Origin: Fistulifera solaris
Taxonomy: Eukaryota
DNA length: 64,000 nucleotides
Assembly (NCBI GenBank): GCA_030295235.1
Contig: AP026129.1
Location: forward strand, 1,116,001-1,180,000
Direction of reading: 5' to 3'
Shown: in pieces, positions 46,545-59,113 of the stretch
Layout of the letters: each line of letters begins with the position of its first letter
How positions within the stretch are numbered: position 1 is the stretch's first letter
Notes under the pieces: generated by a model
The model's input: only the letters and a program-made list of their open reading frames with translations
Databases searched by the model: none
Told to the model about the DNA's origin: nothing
Position numbers and translations under genes: made by a program

Positions 46545-48741
46545 TTATACCAGCTGTTGCCCCCACCTGTCGGCTTTCTTTGCCTTTTCCCTACGACGAT
46601 CGGAATATGAAGCCGTGTAATCGTTCACCAAACTACCAAATCCTCTTTCGTCATCTTCAGCGCGGAAACTGCTCCCGGTTCTAGAATATTGTCGAGATGA
46701 ATTATTGTTGACCCCAAACAGCGAGTCGTAGTCGTCCGTAAAAGTGATCGCCGCGAACCATTCGTACAGGAAGACGACATGACCGATGAATTTAGTGGTC
46801 GCGTCAGCGGATCTTCAACTTTCTGCAATGAATCCGTATTACAATCTCGGATTCTGTCCGAGTAGGGTAGTTTGACTTTTCCTTGGGCTAAGCCATTCAC
46901 ATAGGAGCAGTGCCAACCGCCTGTAGCAGAATGCTTTAGTTCGACATCTTCAACATCGAATGCATTGAGATATCCGATGACCTTCGCACGGTCAGTCGTG
47001 GCTTCGTAATGATTTTGGCGACCTCTCATGTACAGCATACAGAAAAAGACGGCAGAAACGAGAACAACCAGCACACAAATCAACACCACGTATGTTTGCT
47101 GGGAAGAGTCTTGTTCTTCTATTTCTGGTAGCGATACCGGCGGAAGTATGTGCCCTCCATTGCTATCAGCACTTTCATCAAAAGGAAGATACATTTTGCC
47201 ATCAGGTGCGATAGACATGGCGAAGACGTCGCTATTGTCGACATCTGTTTTTTGTCGAAAGAGTGGCCCTAAAGTGTTTCCAACTAAAAGCGCATTCCCT
47301 TCGCCATCGACGTGCAGGCCACCACGCCATGCTATTTCATCATCGTGCGTGCTTCCAAACTGTTTTGTGAATACCACCTCTCCATCTGCGTCCATGAGTT
47401 TTTCGACAAAGATATCTTGTCCACCAGAGGCGCGAGCAGTTGCCGAGTGGACTCGAGCGCCATTAGTTACATGACCAGCCCACCATACATGACCATCTGC
47501 CGGAGAAACAGCACATGAAACGCCAAACAGGCGTGCTTCTCTAGCAGTGTCCTGTTCATTGACAGAAAGTTGTCGAATCCATACCATTTGCATTTCGTCT
47601 GTGTTAGTTCCAACTTGTAGTTTCATGATAAATGCATCTTGAATGGATTTTCCCTTCCCAGTGACAGAGAGGGATCCAGTCGTTGCTCCCACAATGTAGA
47701 CATGATTTCCGTCGGCATGCTCCCCGTATCCATGGCCGCACATCCCATAAATGAACTCAGAACTATGGTCCGTCGACTCCACTCGAAAGGTGCTATACAT
47801 CCCATTTTCCTCAGTAACGGATGGAACTAAACCGGTAGTGCTGAATTTGGTCACAAAGCCATCGAGACTTTCGCTGGGTTCCAAGATGTTTTGCGAAGAA
47901 AAGCTTTTCCAAAGCCACGGCCTTGTCCATACGTGTGTCCAGCAACAATGAGAGTGTCGTCATTAATCTTTAGCATCCCGGCAACGTATACAGAGCCACC
48001 GTCTCCGGGCTCGTAAAAAGCGCGATGCTTTTGGACAAGAGTTTTAGTAATATTTCCTGTAGGCACTACATCTTGGATTCCATACGACTCCAATATAAGC
48101 CCGTAAGTCTTTCCAACAGGTAAAACCAAGTTGGGGTCCATCGCTGGTAAGCCATCTCCATTTGGTGTGCTCTGATCTGTCTTCATGCTGGCAATGTAAA
48201 TGTTATTATCGGAAGGGCTTGTTGTCGTACTTATAGGATAGACAGCAGCAGCCTGCTGTAAGACGAGCCCTCCCAGCAAATCGAATTTCGACGCTTCATC
48301 CTTGTTGCGCATCAGATCCATAATAAAACCATATCGGTAATTTCGAAGGACTGCCCCTCGATTATAGAGAGCTTCCAAGTTTCCCGTGGTATCACTGCCC
48401 GAGTGTCCGGCAATGAAAATACGGTTCTCGTGCAACATCAAGTGACTGCAGGCTTGCGATGTGCTAATTGGATCGGCTCCATCGACAGCGCTGTGCCCAT
48501 ATGTATGCTCTAGAGTAAATCCACCATTTTCAACTGCGGCGAGAAAGCATCGATAGGACATGCTCTTGCCCGTATCGTAAGACGAGCCCGTCAGAAGCAA
48601 TCGGCCAGAGGTCGGATCTTTCACAAAGGACGAAGCAAAAGTCCCTTGGCCGGCAGCAGGCCCCATTTGGATGCCATAGGGCTCCGTCGTTCCCATCACC
48701 GCAATTGCATGCAGCAGCAATAGTGCGACTCGATACTGCAT
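46545..48741 (-). CDS. Secreted type-I membrane protein with beta-propeller-like extracellular region (frameshifts near 47900 and 46770)
   Basis: Signal peptide MQYRVALLLLHAIAVMG. Blade-like repeats (VYIVGATTG, DAFIMKL, WIRQL, QDIFVEKL, TKQFGS). TM segment VVLICVLVVLVSAVFFCMLY. Cytosolic KHSATGGWH motif. Confidence 0.7.
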
Positions 48742-49631
48742 GATTGAGTGTGTGTTATGTGGAAAAAATGCACAGCTGCGAAAGGTGATTTGCCGACTGA
48801 AACTGATACAATTCGAGAATGAATAGCAGCGAGAGAATGGAACGCGAAGTAAAAATGAGCTTTGAGAGTCGATCGTGCCGTGGAAGAATATGTCAGATTG
48901 AGATTGAGGCCTTCAGCTAAGCACCGCGTCGACAACAATCTGATGAACAGAAAGCAACAACGAACGGCTAGTTTTCCAATAAGAAAGAAATCAATGAAAC
49001 GCCAAAAAAGTGGCCGTTGGAGTGAAAAAATTGAAATGCGTCGACGTTTGACTACAACTGGTACATCATTAAGAGATACAAAGTACTGCACGAAACATGT
49101 ATAGTATGGGGTACCGGTAAGAATTGCTAAACGCAAGATGTCGGATCATACTTAACAGTAAATAGGACCGTTGGAAGTTGAGACACAATTTTTAGTTAAA
49201 TTTATAAAACTCTTACTGGTATTGAAAAATACAGGTTAATTCTCAGTGCAGCTAACACCATGCTATTTCAGAAACTTGCCGCAAGCGAGAAGGGCAACTT
49301 TGTTTATGTTGTTCGGAGTGTAATATTAGTCTCAATCTCGTAGCTACAATAGATACCACAATGAACAATCGAAAAAGGCTTGGGGCCTTTAATTTGAACT
49401 ACAATCAACTATCAACGATATTCCATTCCCTATGAAAACTTTATTCCTTACTGGCACTACCGGGACATAGATTACATGGGCTCATGTAACACATAATGTA
49501 CTCTTTTATTCCGAGCATCCCAAATCTCAACAACACCCAAGACCAACGACCAACATTCTTTCACAACTGCTTCATGATGATCAATCGATAAGCTTTTTTC
49601 TATTTCCTCTTTTGAGGGGTAACAAGTTACC

Positions 49632-50911
49632 ATGACGACTAGCTTTTTAATACACACGGCAGCTGTTGACAGCAGATCCGATGTACCATGGCGATCGGAT
49701 GAACCCTTGCGTATTGGGGAATCGCCGTCGGGGCGTCGGCGTCAACGACAGTCGTCACCATGGGCATCTTTCGTTCCGGATTACAGATACGCAACCAATT
49801 CGTTTGTTGGAGATTTCTTAGGAAAATCAGAAATCACGATGCTGCAGAAGACACACAAAGAACACTTTTCGAAATTTTTTGCCGATATTCAATGCGAATC
49901 GTTGTTGGTCAAAGACAGTCAAAACCCGTTCCTCCTCTTGAGATACGAATCTGACAAATTACTCGAAGAAAACGACGAAGACAATTTCTATCAGGCAATC
50001 CGAAAAAATTACTCGCATTCACTGAAAGAAACAATAAACGCCCATCCTGCAAAATCACAATTGCCTTATATTGTGGACAGTCGTAAGCCGACTACTACCA
50101 AACAACTTCTTGCTACCTTTTACGGTAGACAAACACACGTCACAGAAACAATAGACTTGACAAAACTTTCCGATCATCTGTGCTTCGATGACGGCGACGA
50201 CAAAGTTTACAACTACAACTTACGATCAAGTAGCCTTCTGGCTTCTTCGGTGCATCCTCTACTTCGACCATCCTTACTCAATTTTCGCAAGCGAAGGCCC
50301 ATGGTCCTTTCGAAAGGTCGAAGCTCTCATAGGAGAGGCTCCACCACAAGTTGTAGCACGTTGAGTAGTTTCGAGTCGTTTAGCAGTTTCACGCACATTA
50401 AATCGTGCGAAAGCTCTCCGTCGGACGCCAAGAAATCGCCTTCGGTTCTGGGGTCTTCGCTTCGTATTCTCTTACAAACCAATCATCACCAAAAAGTCGC
50501 TCCAACCAGTGTATCTGTACCTACGGAGACAACCGGTGAAACCATTTTGATACTATCATTTTGAACGTCGAAGCCATAGAAGATGATGATGATGGTGTTG
50601 ATGCCATCGATATAACCGATGTACAAGTGAACACGCGAAAGTTAAGCACGAAGCAGCCACGGGAACCAAACGATCACACCGAAACAACGAAAGAGAGTGC
50701 GAAATTAATAGAGAAGGCGACAACCGACTACAATAAATCCGAAGCTTCATTGGATTTTTGGAATGTTGGAAAAGCCGAAAAGAGACGAGCTCGCAGAATC
50801 TCTGCTCTAGATGACACACCTCTTTCTATGTTCCAGCCCAGCGTTTCGACAACACAAGCAGAGAGCTCATCTGGTTTGATGTTCCTCTTTGATCCCAGTT
50901 CTTCCGTTTAA
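49632..50911 (+). CDS. Hypothetical Ser-rich protein (frameshift near 50540)
   Basis: A 310-aa ORF and a 116-aa ORF join with one added A. No family recognised. Confidence 0.45.
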
Positions 50912-51459
50912 ATCAAGTGCTCTATTCTTCAGTTGCAGGACAAATTACCTGATTCAAATGGCATGGCATTGATTCGTATGTACAGTACAGATCTGTTTAC
51001 ACCAAACGCGAGGAGTCGGCGGTGACTGACGGTCGTCCTAATGTGGTGCGAAGGGACCAGGCAGGTCGAATGCCTCAAGCTGGAAGCATTTTCTAGGAAA
51101 ATGGAATTCTTCTGGTTTTTATTCGTTCGTGTTTCTAAATCGCCTAAAAATTAGGTTAATCTACTTTGGAGACTACAGTCCACCTCGCAATAGCATAATT
51201 TGGCATGAGCTTGTTTTTTTGATAAATTGTTCTGGTTTTTGAAAAGTCTGTTGGGTACTGTATCACGACAGAAGAAACTACCTTTAAATTTTTCATTAGC
51301 ATACTTGGATGACAGAGCCGTTGGGTAGACGTTAAACAGAACACAATCCACGGCTTGGAAATAGAGATGCAGCATTTTCTGCAGCTCTCTTGTTCATTTG
51401 AGTAACAAAATTCACCCCATTCATCATCGTTCATCATAAACACCAAACGAAACGTCGAC

Positions 51460-53040
51460 ATGAGGTCCTTGAAAACTATGTCCTACTCAGATGACTTCGG
51501 CGAGGAAGGTTTCGATGTTAACGATGAAAACATCGATGAGGAAAGATACGGTGCTTCGAAGAATAAAAGCAGGGTCGATTTGCTTTACACAACAGACGCA
51601 AATCGGATGAGGTCTCGCCGATGTTTCTGGATTATTGGTGTCTTAATTGTGACATCGATAGTAGCTGCCGTAGCAGTCGTCATGCTTTTTTTGAACGGAG
51701 ATGAAGCACACAAGCAAACTGCGATTGTAGATGTTCCTACACAAGAAGCAGCGCCGATTGGCAATACCCCCACAGAAGATGCACCTGTCGCAGCCCCCGT
51801 AGCACGGCTTTCTGCCAACGAGATACTATTGCGCGAAAAGTCACGACTCGGGGGAATCGAGTTCGACAATCACGCAACCTATCAGTCCAAGGCGTTGGCT
51901 TGGCTCGAAGATAATCCGTTCTCTTCCAGTGCCAATAAAACGATATCGGACGAAGAGCGCTTACTTCAACGTTTCAGTCTGGCTTGTATCCATTTTAGTA
52001 CCAATAAGGTTTCAAACGTGTATACAGAGGCTCAATTTACGGGCTACGGGCTTCAACCGTGGAATCGTGATGACGGCTGGTTGGATGCGGAAGATGAATG
52101 CACGTGGTATGCGATCGTTTGCAATGCTGACGGCTACGTCATTGAAATCAATTTGACGAAAAATGCTCTGACAGGGACGTTCCCTTACGAGGTTTCTTAT
52201 TTGAAGGAATATCTTGAGGTATTGAATTTGGATGCCAACTTCTTTCACAACAAAGATCATGATGGACATGCGTTCATTAAGGAACTTCAGAACTTACGCG
52301 CAATGAGTGTACGTGATACATTTATGCAGTATAACGGCATTCCGCCTCATTACGGTCATCTCCCGCGCTTGCAATCTTTAGATATCAGCTATGTTGTATA
52401 CACCGGAAGCACTGCGGACAACTTCATGCAGGCGATAGAGAATCCCCTGCCAGAGCTTGTCTTCCTCGATATTTCCGGAAATTCGTTCAATGGTCCAATC
52501 CCAAATTCCATCATTAGCCTCCCTAATCTCACAGCCTTTTATGCTGTCAATAGCAACGTCGAAAGTGACGTCTCTTTTGTTGCAAATATGGGGAACGTAA
52601 TTGAAGTTTGGCTCGACGAAAATCCTGGTCTCACTGGTCGCCTTCCAGAAAGCCTGGATAGCATCACAAGCCTTCGATCTTTTGCCATAACAGAATGCAG
52701 CTTGACAGGGCCCATTCCTACCTCCATGGGTAACTTGGTGGCGTTACAGCAGGTTTGGTTGTATGGAAACCAGTTAGACGGTCAAGTGCCTTCCTCTTTG
52801 GGCAGCCTCCTAAAGCTAGAGACATTCGAAGTGCACAATAACTTACTGACAGGATCAATGCCGACACAAATGTGCACCAACATGATAACTGGTGTTCTTC
52901 AAACTCTTCAAGCGGACTGTCCGGACGAGATTCAGTGCACATGCTGTTCCTGCTGCGGATCGTCGTGCGGACGAGAACCCAGTTATGGAGGTCGCAGACA
53001 ACTATGGGAACGACCTGAGCGAAAGGAGCGACTTAATTAA
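51460..53040 (+). CDS. Type-II membrane leucine-rich-repeat protein (diatom-expanded family); start may be ATG 51478
   Basis: TM segment FWIIGVLIVTSIVAAVAVVMLFL. Q.KALAWL, LLQRFSLA, WL...DEC.WY.I.C cap. Plant-type LRRs (L.GN.L.G.VP..LG.L..L). C-terminal ADC....CTCCSCC. Confidence 0.9.
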   Translation: MRSLKTMSYSDDFGEEGFDVNDENIDEERYGASKNKSRVDLLYTTDANRMRSRRCFWIIGVLIVTSIVAAVAVVMLFLNGDEAHKQTAIVDVPTQEAAPIGNTPTEDAPVAAPVARLSANEILLREKSRLGGIEFDNHATYQSKALAWLEDNPFSSSANKTISDEERLLQRFSLACIHFSTNKVSNVYTEAQFTGYGLQPWNRDDGWLDAEDECTWYAIVCNADGYVIEINLTKNALTGTFPYEVSYLKEYLEVLNLDANFFHNKDHDGHAFIKELQNLRAMSVRDTFMQYNGIPPHYGHLPRLQSLDISYVVYTGSTADNFMQAIENPLPELVFLDISGNSFNGPIPNSIISLPNLTAFYAVNSNVESDVSFVANMGNVIEVWLDENPGLTGRLPESLDSITSLRSFAITECSLTGPIPTSMGNLVALQQVWLYGNQLDGQVPSSLGSLLKLETFEVHNNLLTGSMPTQMCTNMITGVLQTLQADCPDEIQCTCCSCCGSSCGREPSYGGRRQLWERPERKERLN

Positions 53041-53827
53041 CAAGAGCTGACTAAAATATGCTGGGTGCCACGAGTGCATTTCAGTCATGAACCAACATTA
53101 TTCCAAGCTAGATCGTGAGTACATACTCACTAGGTTTTGTCCTTCTGTTAGTCAGCATAGCTAACAACGCTGTGAGTCATGTTTTGAAGACCTGTACGTC
53201 TTATTTATTCGCGTCAAAAGTTCTCGGACCTTTTGCTTTCCAAACTACTATCGGCAAGGATAGTGTTGGTGGAACTATGCCACAATTGCATTTTATTCTT
53301 GGTACTTAATTCAGCGTCTAAATCTTGCCGAAGAAACCAGTTCGTTTGTCCTTTTGGAAACAAAGGTGTTTTTTAAAGTCAGCAAACACACGCATCAACC
53401 GCTTGTGAAGGAGGTCAGATTGACTGGTTTCATGAAAGTTGCTATCGGTATTCACAAAGTAGGATTATGCAGCATCATCACCCGTTACAATCTTGTCATC
53501 TGCAAATATTGACTCTAGCTCCCTCTACCTGGTAGTCCAAAAGTCCAAACCTTGTCCGCGTCCGTCCCCCGTCCCTCTAGCAACTTGTTGACGTCGTCCG
53601 TCTGTCGTACTTTCCAAGAAGGATGAAGTATGAAGTCAAAGATCTACTTACTTTTCAGTCTAGAGTGGCCAGCCGTCAATGTCAACCGCAGCAACAGCGC
53701 GTCGAAATAAACAAGAAAAAGCTGATGGCTGCCGCTCTTCATCATCATCATCCTTTTATACGCTAAGCATCGCTAAACATTGTTTGTAAGCAAGATTTTT
53801 TTGGTAGGAAACTCTTGAAGTAGAACT

Positions 53828-54315
53828 ATGCGGCTTTCAATTGTTTTAGTGGCGATCTGTATGAGCGTAGCCGATGCTTTTGTTCGAGGCGAGGTGAAAC
53901 CAACCTGCACCTTTGATGGGCTGCAAGCTCAGAGGTGCTCCACTGCTTTGTTTGCCGCAAAGGCTAGCAAGTCGAAGAAAGGTGCGAAAATGGCTTCAAA
54001 GAAAGCACCCGCCGTTGCGGAAAAGCCTGACACTTTCAAAAGGCGGACTTCGTCGCTGCTGTCTCCGAGAGAACAGGAATGACTAAGAAAGAAAGCGAAG
54101 TTGCGATTCAGGCCGTACTAGAAACAGTAATGGAAGAGGTTGGTGCAGGAAAACGCGTGAACCTTGTGGGTTTTGGATCCTTTACTCTCAAAGATCGATC
54201 AGCACGAAAAGGTCGCAATCCTCAAACTGGCGAGGAAATTGACATTCCTGCTAGCAAGGCCCCTGGTTTCACGGTCGCAAAGGCCTGGAAAGATATTGTC
54301 AATGGAAAAGCGTAA
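53828..54315 (+). CDS. HU: Nucleus-encoded, plastid-targeted bacterial histone-like protein HU; frameshift at A4 54038-54041
   Basis: Signal peptide ...VADA|FV followed by a transit peptide. One added A gives FKKADFVAAVSERTGMTKKESE...VNLVGFGSFTLKDRSARKGRNPQTGEEIDIPASKAPGF, the HU/IHF signature. Confidence 0.93.
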
Positions 54316-54484
54316 CTAGTATAGCCGAGCTAGATTTAAAAGTTACGGACATTGTGTCTGATGATTGTTCGTATGTTATGTAGAAGGGCAGCACTCAAAA
54401 CGTAAAGTTTGGTATGTGTAATTAGAAAGCTTAATTCAAGCTACTTTTCTGTAAAAGGTATTGTAATAAAAGCTCATAGCATCA

Positions 54485-55291
54485 TTATTCCCATTTAAAC
54501 CCAATTTTGGTCAATAGTTCGAGGTGATCTTTCTTCAAGCTGCCGTACTTTGTAGGATTTCTGTTCTTCTTACGTTGCTTGTTTACCCATCCACCAAGTT
54601 TGACATTCCCCTTGTACTTTTGTGGCACATTGCAGTCACCATAGTGGTTCTTGTAGACAAGAAGGTTCTCGTAACTTTCATTCCAAGTCAGCTTTTCGCC
54701 TTGATGAGGAAAGGTTGGGAACACTTGGTCCTTCAACGGGCTATTTTCTCGGTCTGAGCGTTTCACAGACTTGGGCGGAATACGAGGATTGTCCAGATAA
54801 ATCTCTTGAAGGTGCGGGGGTGGGCGATGATGGTACTGATGCTGGGGAGGATGAAAAGGAGCTGGATAGCGCGTTTGCTGGGGCTGACCGTATGTACTGA
54901 ACGGGCTGGAATGATGAAAGGATTGTCCCTGGGGAGGGTAGTCAAAGTATATCTCTCGAGAAGCTGCGTAGCTCGGAGGGTAGACTTTTCTCCGTTTACT
55001 GGGGCTCGAATTCTCTCCGCTATCTGTCGCAACTGCACTCAGGTGAGCTTCGCCATCCAGTTCTTGGTTGGCGTTCCACGAAGGCGATGATGCTATTGCG
55101 TTCTCATTTGTACTGGCAACTCTGCTACGAAATATCGAAGCTTTGTTGTTTGATTTTCCACTTTTGCCCCGACTCATATCATCCTCACCCTCAGATGGAT
55201 TGCACAAGTATTTGTCTTCTCCGAATGTCCTTTGATTTTCATACAACCATGCTCGCTGCAGTGGGGTAAGATCGCTAACTAGAGAAGGCAT
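54485..55291 (-). CDS. Protein with a single C-terminal helicase-associated (HA) domain
   Basis: WNESYENLLVYKNHYGDCNVPQKY...KLGGWVNKQR...LKKDHLELLTKIGFKW, preceded by a disordered Pro/Gln region. Confidence 0.87.
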   Translation of the reverse strand: MPSLVSDLTPLQRAWLYENQRTFGEDKYLCNPSEGEDDMSRGKSGKSNNKASIFRSRVASTNENAIASSPSWNANQELDGEAHLSAVATDSGENSSPSKRRKVYPPSYAASREIYFDYPPQGQSFHHSSPFSTYGQPQQTRYPAPFHPPQHQYHHRPPPHLQEIYLDNPRIPPKSVKRSDRENSPLKDQVFPTFPHQGEKLTWNESYENLLVYKNHYGDCNVPQKYKGNVKLGGWVNKQRKKNRNPTKYGSLKKDHLELLTKIGFKWE

Positions 55292-56013
55292 GGTGAATCG
55301 ATAGTCGTTTATGAATCAATGAAATTGGGCAGGAAGAATCTCGGGTTAACATTTGCAAAGCAACCGAACAAGGATATGAGAAGTGAAAGAATTTGGAGTG
55401 AGATGGCAAAGCCCTTTCTCCAAAAACACAAAAATGAGCTGAAATGGTCGGGGAAATGTCGCAACGGAAAGATCAACGATACATCTCCGACTTCTTTTGC
55501 GTCACACATACACAAATTTGCCATAGCCCTTTGTCGCACAGACACTTTTCTGGCAAGCATAGTACAGTTAGAGCTATAGTCGACCTCAACGAAATTAATT
55601 TAGTCCGGAACGCGTTCGTTCATGGCAACAATATGGATATCTTGTTCAACTTAGATTTCAACGGAGGCTTTCTTTTCTAGTCAAATAGTGAGGCGCACTA
55701 AATGCCAACGAAAACAAAAAGCTTGGAGTCTTTACCCCTAAAGTTGCGCAGAACGTTAGAGCTAGCAGCGATGGACTGACTCCTTGTAGCTACGTAACCG
55801 ATGATCCGTCGTCATGGTTTCTCATGCCTCTCGATGACCGAATATCGTTGATCAGTCTGCCGAAAAGACGCGTTATTTTTAACCACAAGTGCTCACAGGA
55901 AAACTTGGTTACTTGGCCAGTCGCTCACATCAACTTTTAGGAAACAAGCGAGCAGACTGAATCAGCAACTACTTCGACAAAACTACCGTAATTATGAACT
56001 ATGAAATACAATA

Positions 56014-57136
56014 TTAACTCTTTGCAAAGCTCAAACAACGATCAGCTCGCGATTGCTCCGGGCAAGATGAATCAAGTAGTTCCATAGACTTTTCAAATTC
56101 CTCAGAATCCAAGTTTTCAGCCCTAGCTAAGATTTCCTTGTATGCTCGGATCTCTTTGCACAATGCGCGGCATATAAACTTTTGCGCTTGGCTGGAGAGC
56201 TCAGTATCCGCCTTAGTTTTCTTTTTTCGTCTTGTTGCGTGACTTGAAGGCTTCTTCGTTGATTATGACGGGGATTTCAGCCGAGGATACTAATTTTTCG
56301 GCAGCGTTCCAATCTTGCGCTAGGTATTCACTTCGAATGACCAGTACCCTGGCGTTTGAGGGAACAGTTTTGAGGTAATACTGATAATTGTAGTAGTTGT
56401 GTCGGCAGTATGCTTTCTTGCCGCGAATAGCCTCCCATGCCCGGTATTTGCACTCATGAGAAACGTTCGTATGGTGAGGCGACAAGCCTTTCTCCGCTAG
56501 TTCATTCAGTGTTGCATAAGGGCAGTCGACGAACAGGGGCCTCTTCTCTGCCCAATAAGGATCTTTTTAAACTGGACGGCCGCTCATAAGCAAACCACGA
56601 TTTTATTCTCTCTAACGGGTCTCTCGTTGTAACCAGATAGAACTCCGTTGTTTCCGGACAGTCGTTAATCGTATTGTGGTTGAGATGCGTGGTCTTTTGT
56701 GGTAGGTCTCCATTCAATACGGATTGATCTCCGCAGCTGTATGCGAACCCTAGTAAACAGGCCAACGTGCTGCCAGCGGTTTTCCCGATGTGTACGAAGC
56801 AGACTTCTGGTTTAGCTTCCATAGGCACAGAAAAGGGTTTGCGAGCCCACTCCGGCAATATTTTTTGGGTCCTACTTTCGTAAGGCGAAGCTTGGTGTAT
56901 CAACTTCGATGGAATCGTTTCTATCCTTTCATCTCGATTGAGAACACTGTCTGTGCCTTGCGATTGCAGCGTGGTCGATCGAAAAATGACGCATTGATCA
57001 CCGTCCAGCTCACAAGAACAACCAAAAACAGCAGGAGTGTGCAACTCTGAGTTGTTTGAATGAAGAGGGTGCTTATCGATGACGATGCAGGCGAGGCTCC
57101 TTTCCGACGTTTCAAGTTGGTATCCGGCATTTTCAT
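56014..57136 (-). CDS. Type-II membrane sulfotransferase-like protein (frameshifts near 56983, 56566 and 56225)
   Basis: TM segment TLLLFLVVLVSWTVI. PAPS 5'-phosphosulfate loop FVHIGKTAGST and 3'-phosphate motif RDPLERIKSWF.YE. VIRSEYL..DW. Corrected C-terminus CRALCKEI..YK.IL..AENL. Confidence 0.75.
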
Positions 57137-57799
57137 GAATGATTGCGAAGAACAACGGTTTCAGCTTCCATCTTTCCCTCGGTCGCGTTTTTGTTTCACT
57201 TTGGGTCGTTTGACTTTATGCCCTCTACTATGTCGGATCGTTACTCGTCTACTACAATACGTTATCGAGTCCTAAGTCCCGTCGTCTGCGTCATTGTCAT
57301 TTCACAAGCGCGCCGTCCTGCGCGGTGCGAAGCTGTGACATATTCTGATGTCCGTCCAATCTCCAATCACGATTTTCGTACGTACGTGGTTGCTGATTTC
57401 TGAACACTTTACTCGTCACTGATAATCAAACGATTGGGGAGTTGGGAACTCGCGATCGAGTCCCGGTTCCCGTATGGCGCGCCATGCTTCAACGTCTACG
57501 ACATTTGAAAAGAAGTAGAAATGATAAACGAGTAGTCGACAAGTAACACGGTATTCAAGTCTCTAATAAGTTTTTCCACAGTCTCCTATTATTTAGACAT
57601 TGGTCCAAGAAAGTGGTGCAATTTCCGCACGCCCGCCGATCACGGTGACGACGTGACCACTCCGGTTTTCGGATTCCGAGAACTCTCCACCCCACGCCCC
57701 ACGAGATGAAGGATTGTGTGAATTGCCGATCATCCAATAAAAGAAAGAACCACAAATAACAACGCAAACCGCAAGTAAACCACCAATACAGCTCGTCAA

Positions 57800-59113
57800 A
57801 TGGCTTCGAAGCTGAAGGACACCGAAATGATTGAGGCCGTGTCGTCGTCGGTCGAGTTTTCCTTCATCGAGGACGATAAGAATAACGAGATTCCTCTCGA
57901 TAACAGGCAAAAGGCAATTACGGATGATGATGAGAGCACTACTGATAAAAAAGCAGGGCACAAAACGCTTCTTCTTGATGGTAGCTCTGGCGTCAACTAT
58001 TGTGTTTGCGGGATCGTTGTTGATGGCATTTTTGTTGATGAAGAATAGCCCTGGTTCTGACGTTTCATCCGTCGCTGTGACCCCCGAATCTCCTCCTCCT
58101 AAAAGTAATACTCAACCTACACCAACAGAAAATGGTACGAACGAAACAGATGTTGATGAGTATCCCGTCGGGGTGCCCGCCTTTCTTCCTTCTGCGACAC
58201 CCGTTCAAAATACGTCTGCTGTGGTTACATTATCGCCGGTGGTATCTCCGGTACTCCCGTCCCCTGTTCTTATCGTGAGCGCACCATCGGCGTCTCCGTT
58301 GAGTATGACTCCTATTGTCTTTTATGCCTTCGGCGATATTCCCTACAGTGCAGCAGAGGCCATCGGACTCGAAGCCATGATGGATAATGTTCCGCTCGAT
58401 GCTGATTTCTTAGTTCATGTGGGCGACATTCGTCTGGCACGCGATAGCGCCCCTGTCTCCGCAGTGAGTACGAATCCGTGCGCGACTTGTTTCTTCGTTC
58501 CCATGCACCAGTCTTGCTCGCCATGGGTGACAACGAATGGAACGATTGTCCGAATATTGATGAGGGTTATGACCTGTGGCTACAAACGTTTTATAACTTC
58601 GAGCAAGAATGGGCCAACCGCCCTTCCTTGCAGCGGTGGACCAAGTACCCGGAAGTATTCCACTTTGTGATGCGTGAAGTGCTCTTTATTTGTCTGAACT
58701 TGGTGGGTGGCCTGGTGCACGATGTCGACGAATGGTCTACGCGATTAGAGTACCAATACAATTCCACGCGCGACCTCATTCTCGAATACGATGCGAAATA
58801 TGGTGATGCTGCCAAGGTTGTTATTATTGGACACTGCGATCCTTCGGTCGATCATCGGGCGTTCTTCAATCCGTTTTCCACCTTTGTCAACGAAGAACTG
58901 CAGAACCGAATCCCGATCATGTATCTCAACGGAGATAAGCATGAATGGGACTTGAGTTACGACTACATGGGCGCACCAAGTCTCATGCGTCTCATGGTAG
59001 TTGGAAGTTCCAAAGAGGGACCCATTCGTATTGAAATTAACCCTCAAGAACTGAGTAATGATCCTCGCATTGCATTTGGGGTGCTACGAGATTCCTACTC
59101 CTTTGCGAGATGA
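57800..59113 (+). CDS. Type-II membrane calcineurin-like metallophosphoesterase (frameshifts at 57947-57952 and 58450-58453)
   Basis: Metal-binding motifs FGDIPY, HVGDI, GDNEWNDC, IGH and NGDKH. A TM helix and a Pro/Ser/Thr stalk precede the domain. Confidence 0.82.

Noticed and set aside
31465..54315. Bacterial contamination or a chimeric contig (GH1, HD hydrolase, HU, DLH)
   Set aside because: These genes are interleaved with intron-containing eukaryotic genes. HU and DLH carry eukaryotic targeting peptides, and DLH has spliceosomal introns.
57447..57472. Imperfect hairpin gggaactcgcgatcgagtcccggttccc in a divergent promoter
   Set aside because: The stem is short and single, with no tRNA or ncRNA features, so it is compatible with chance.
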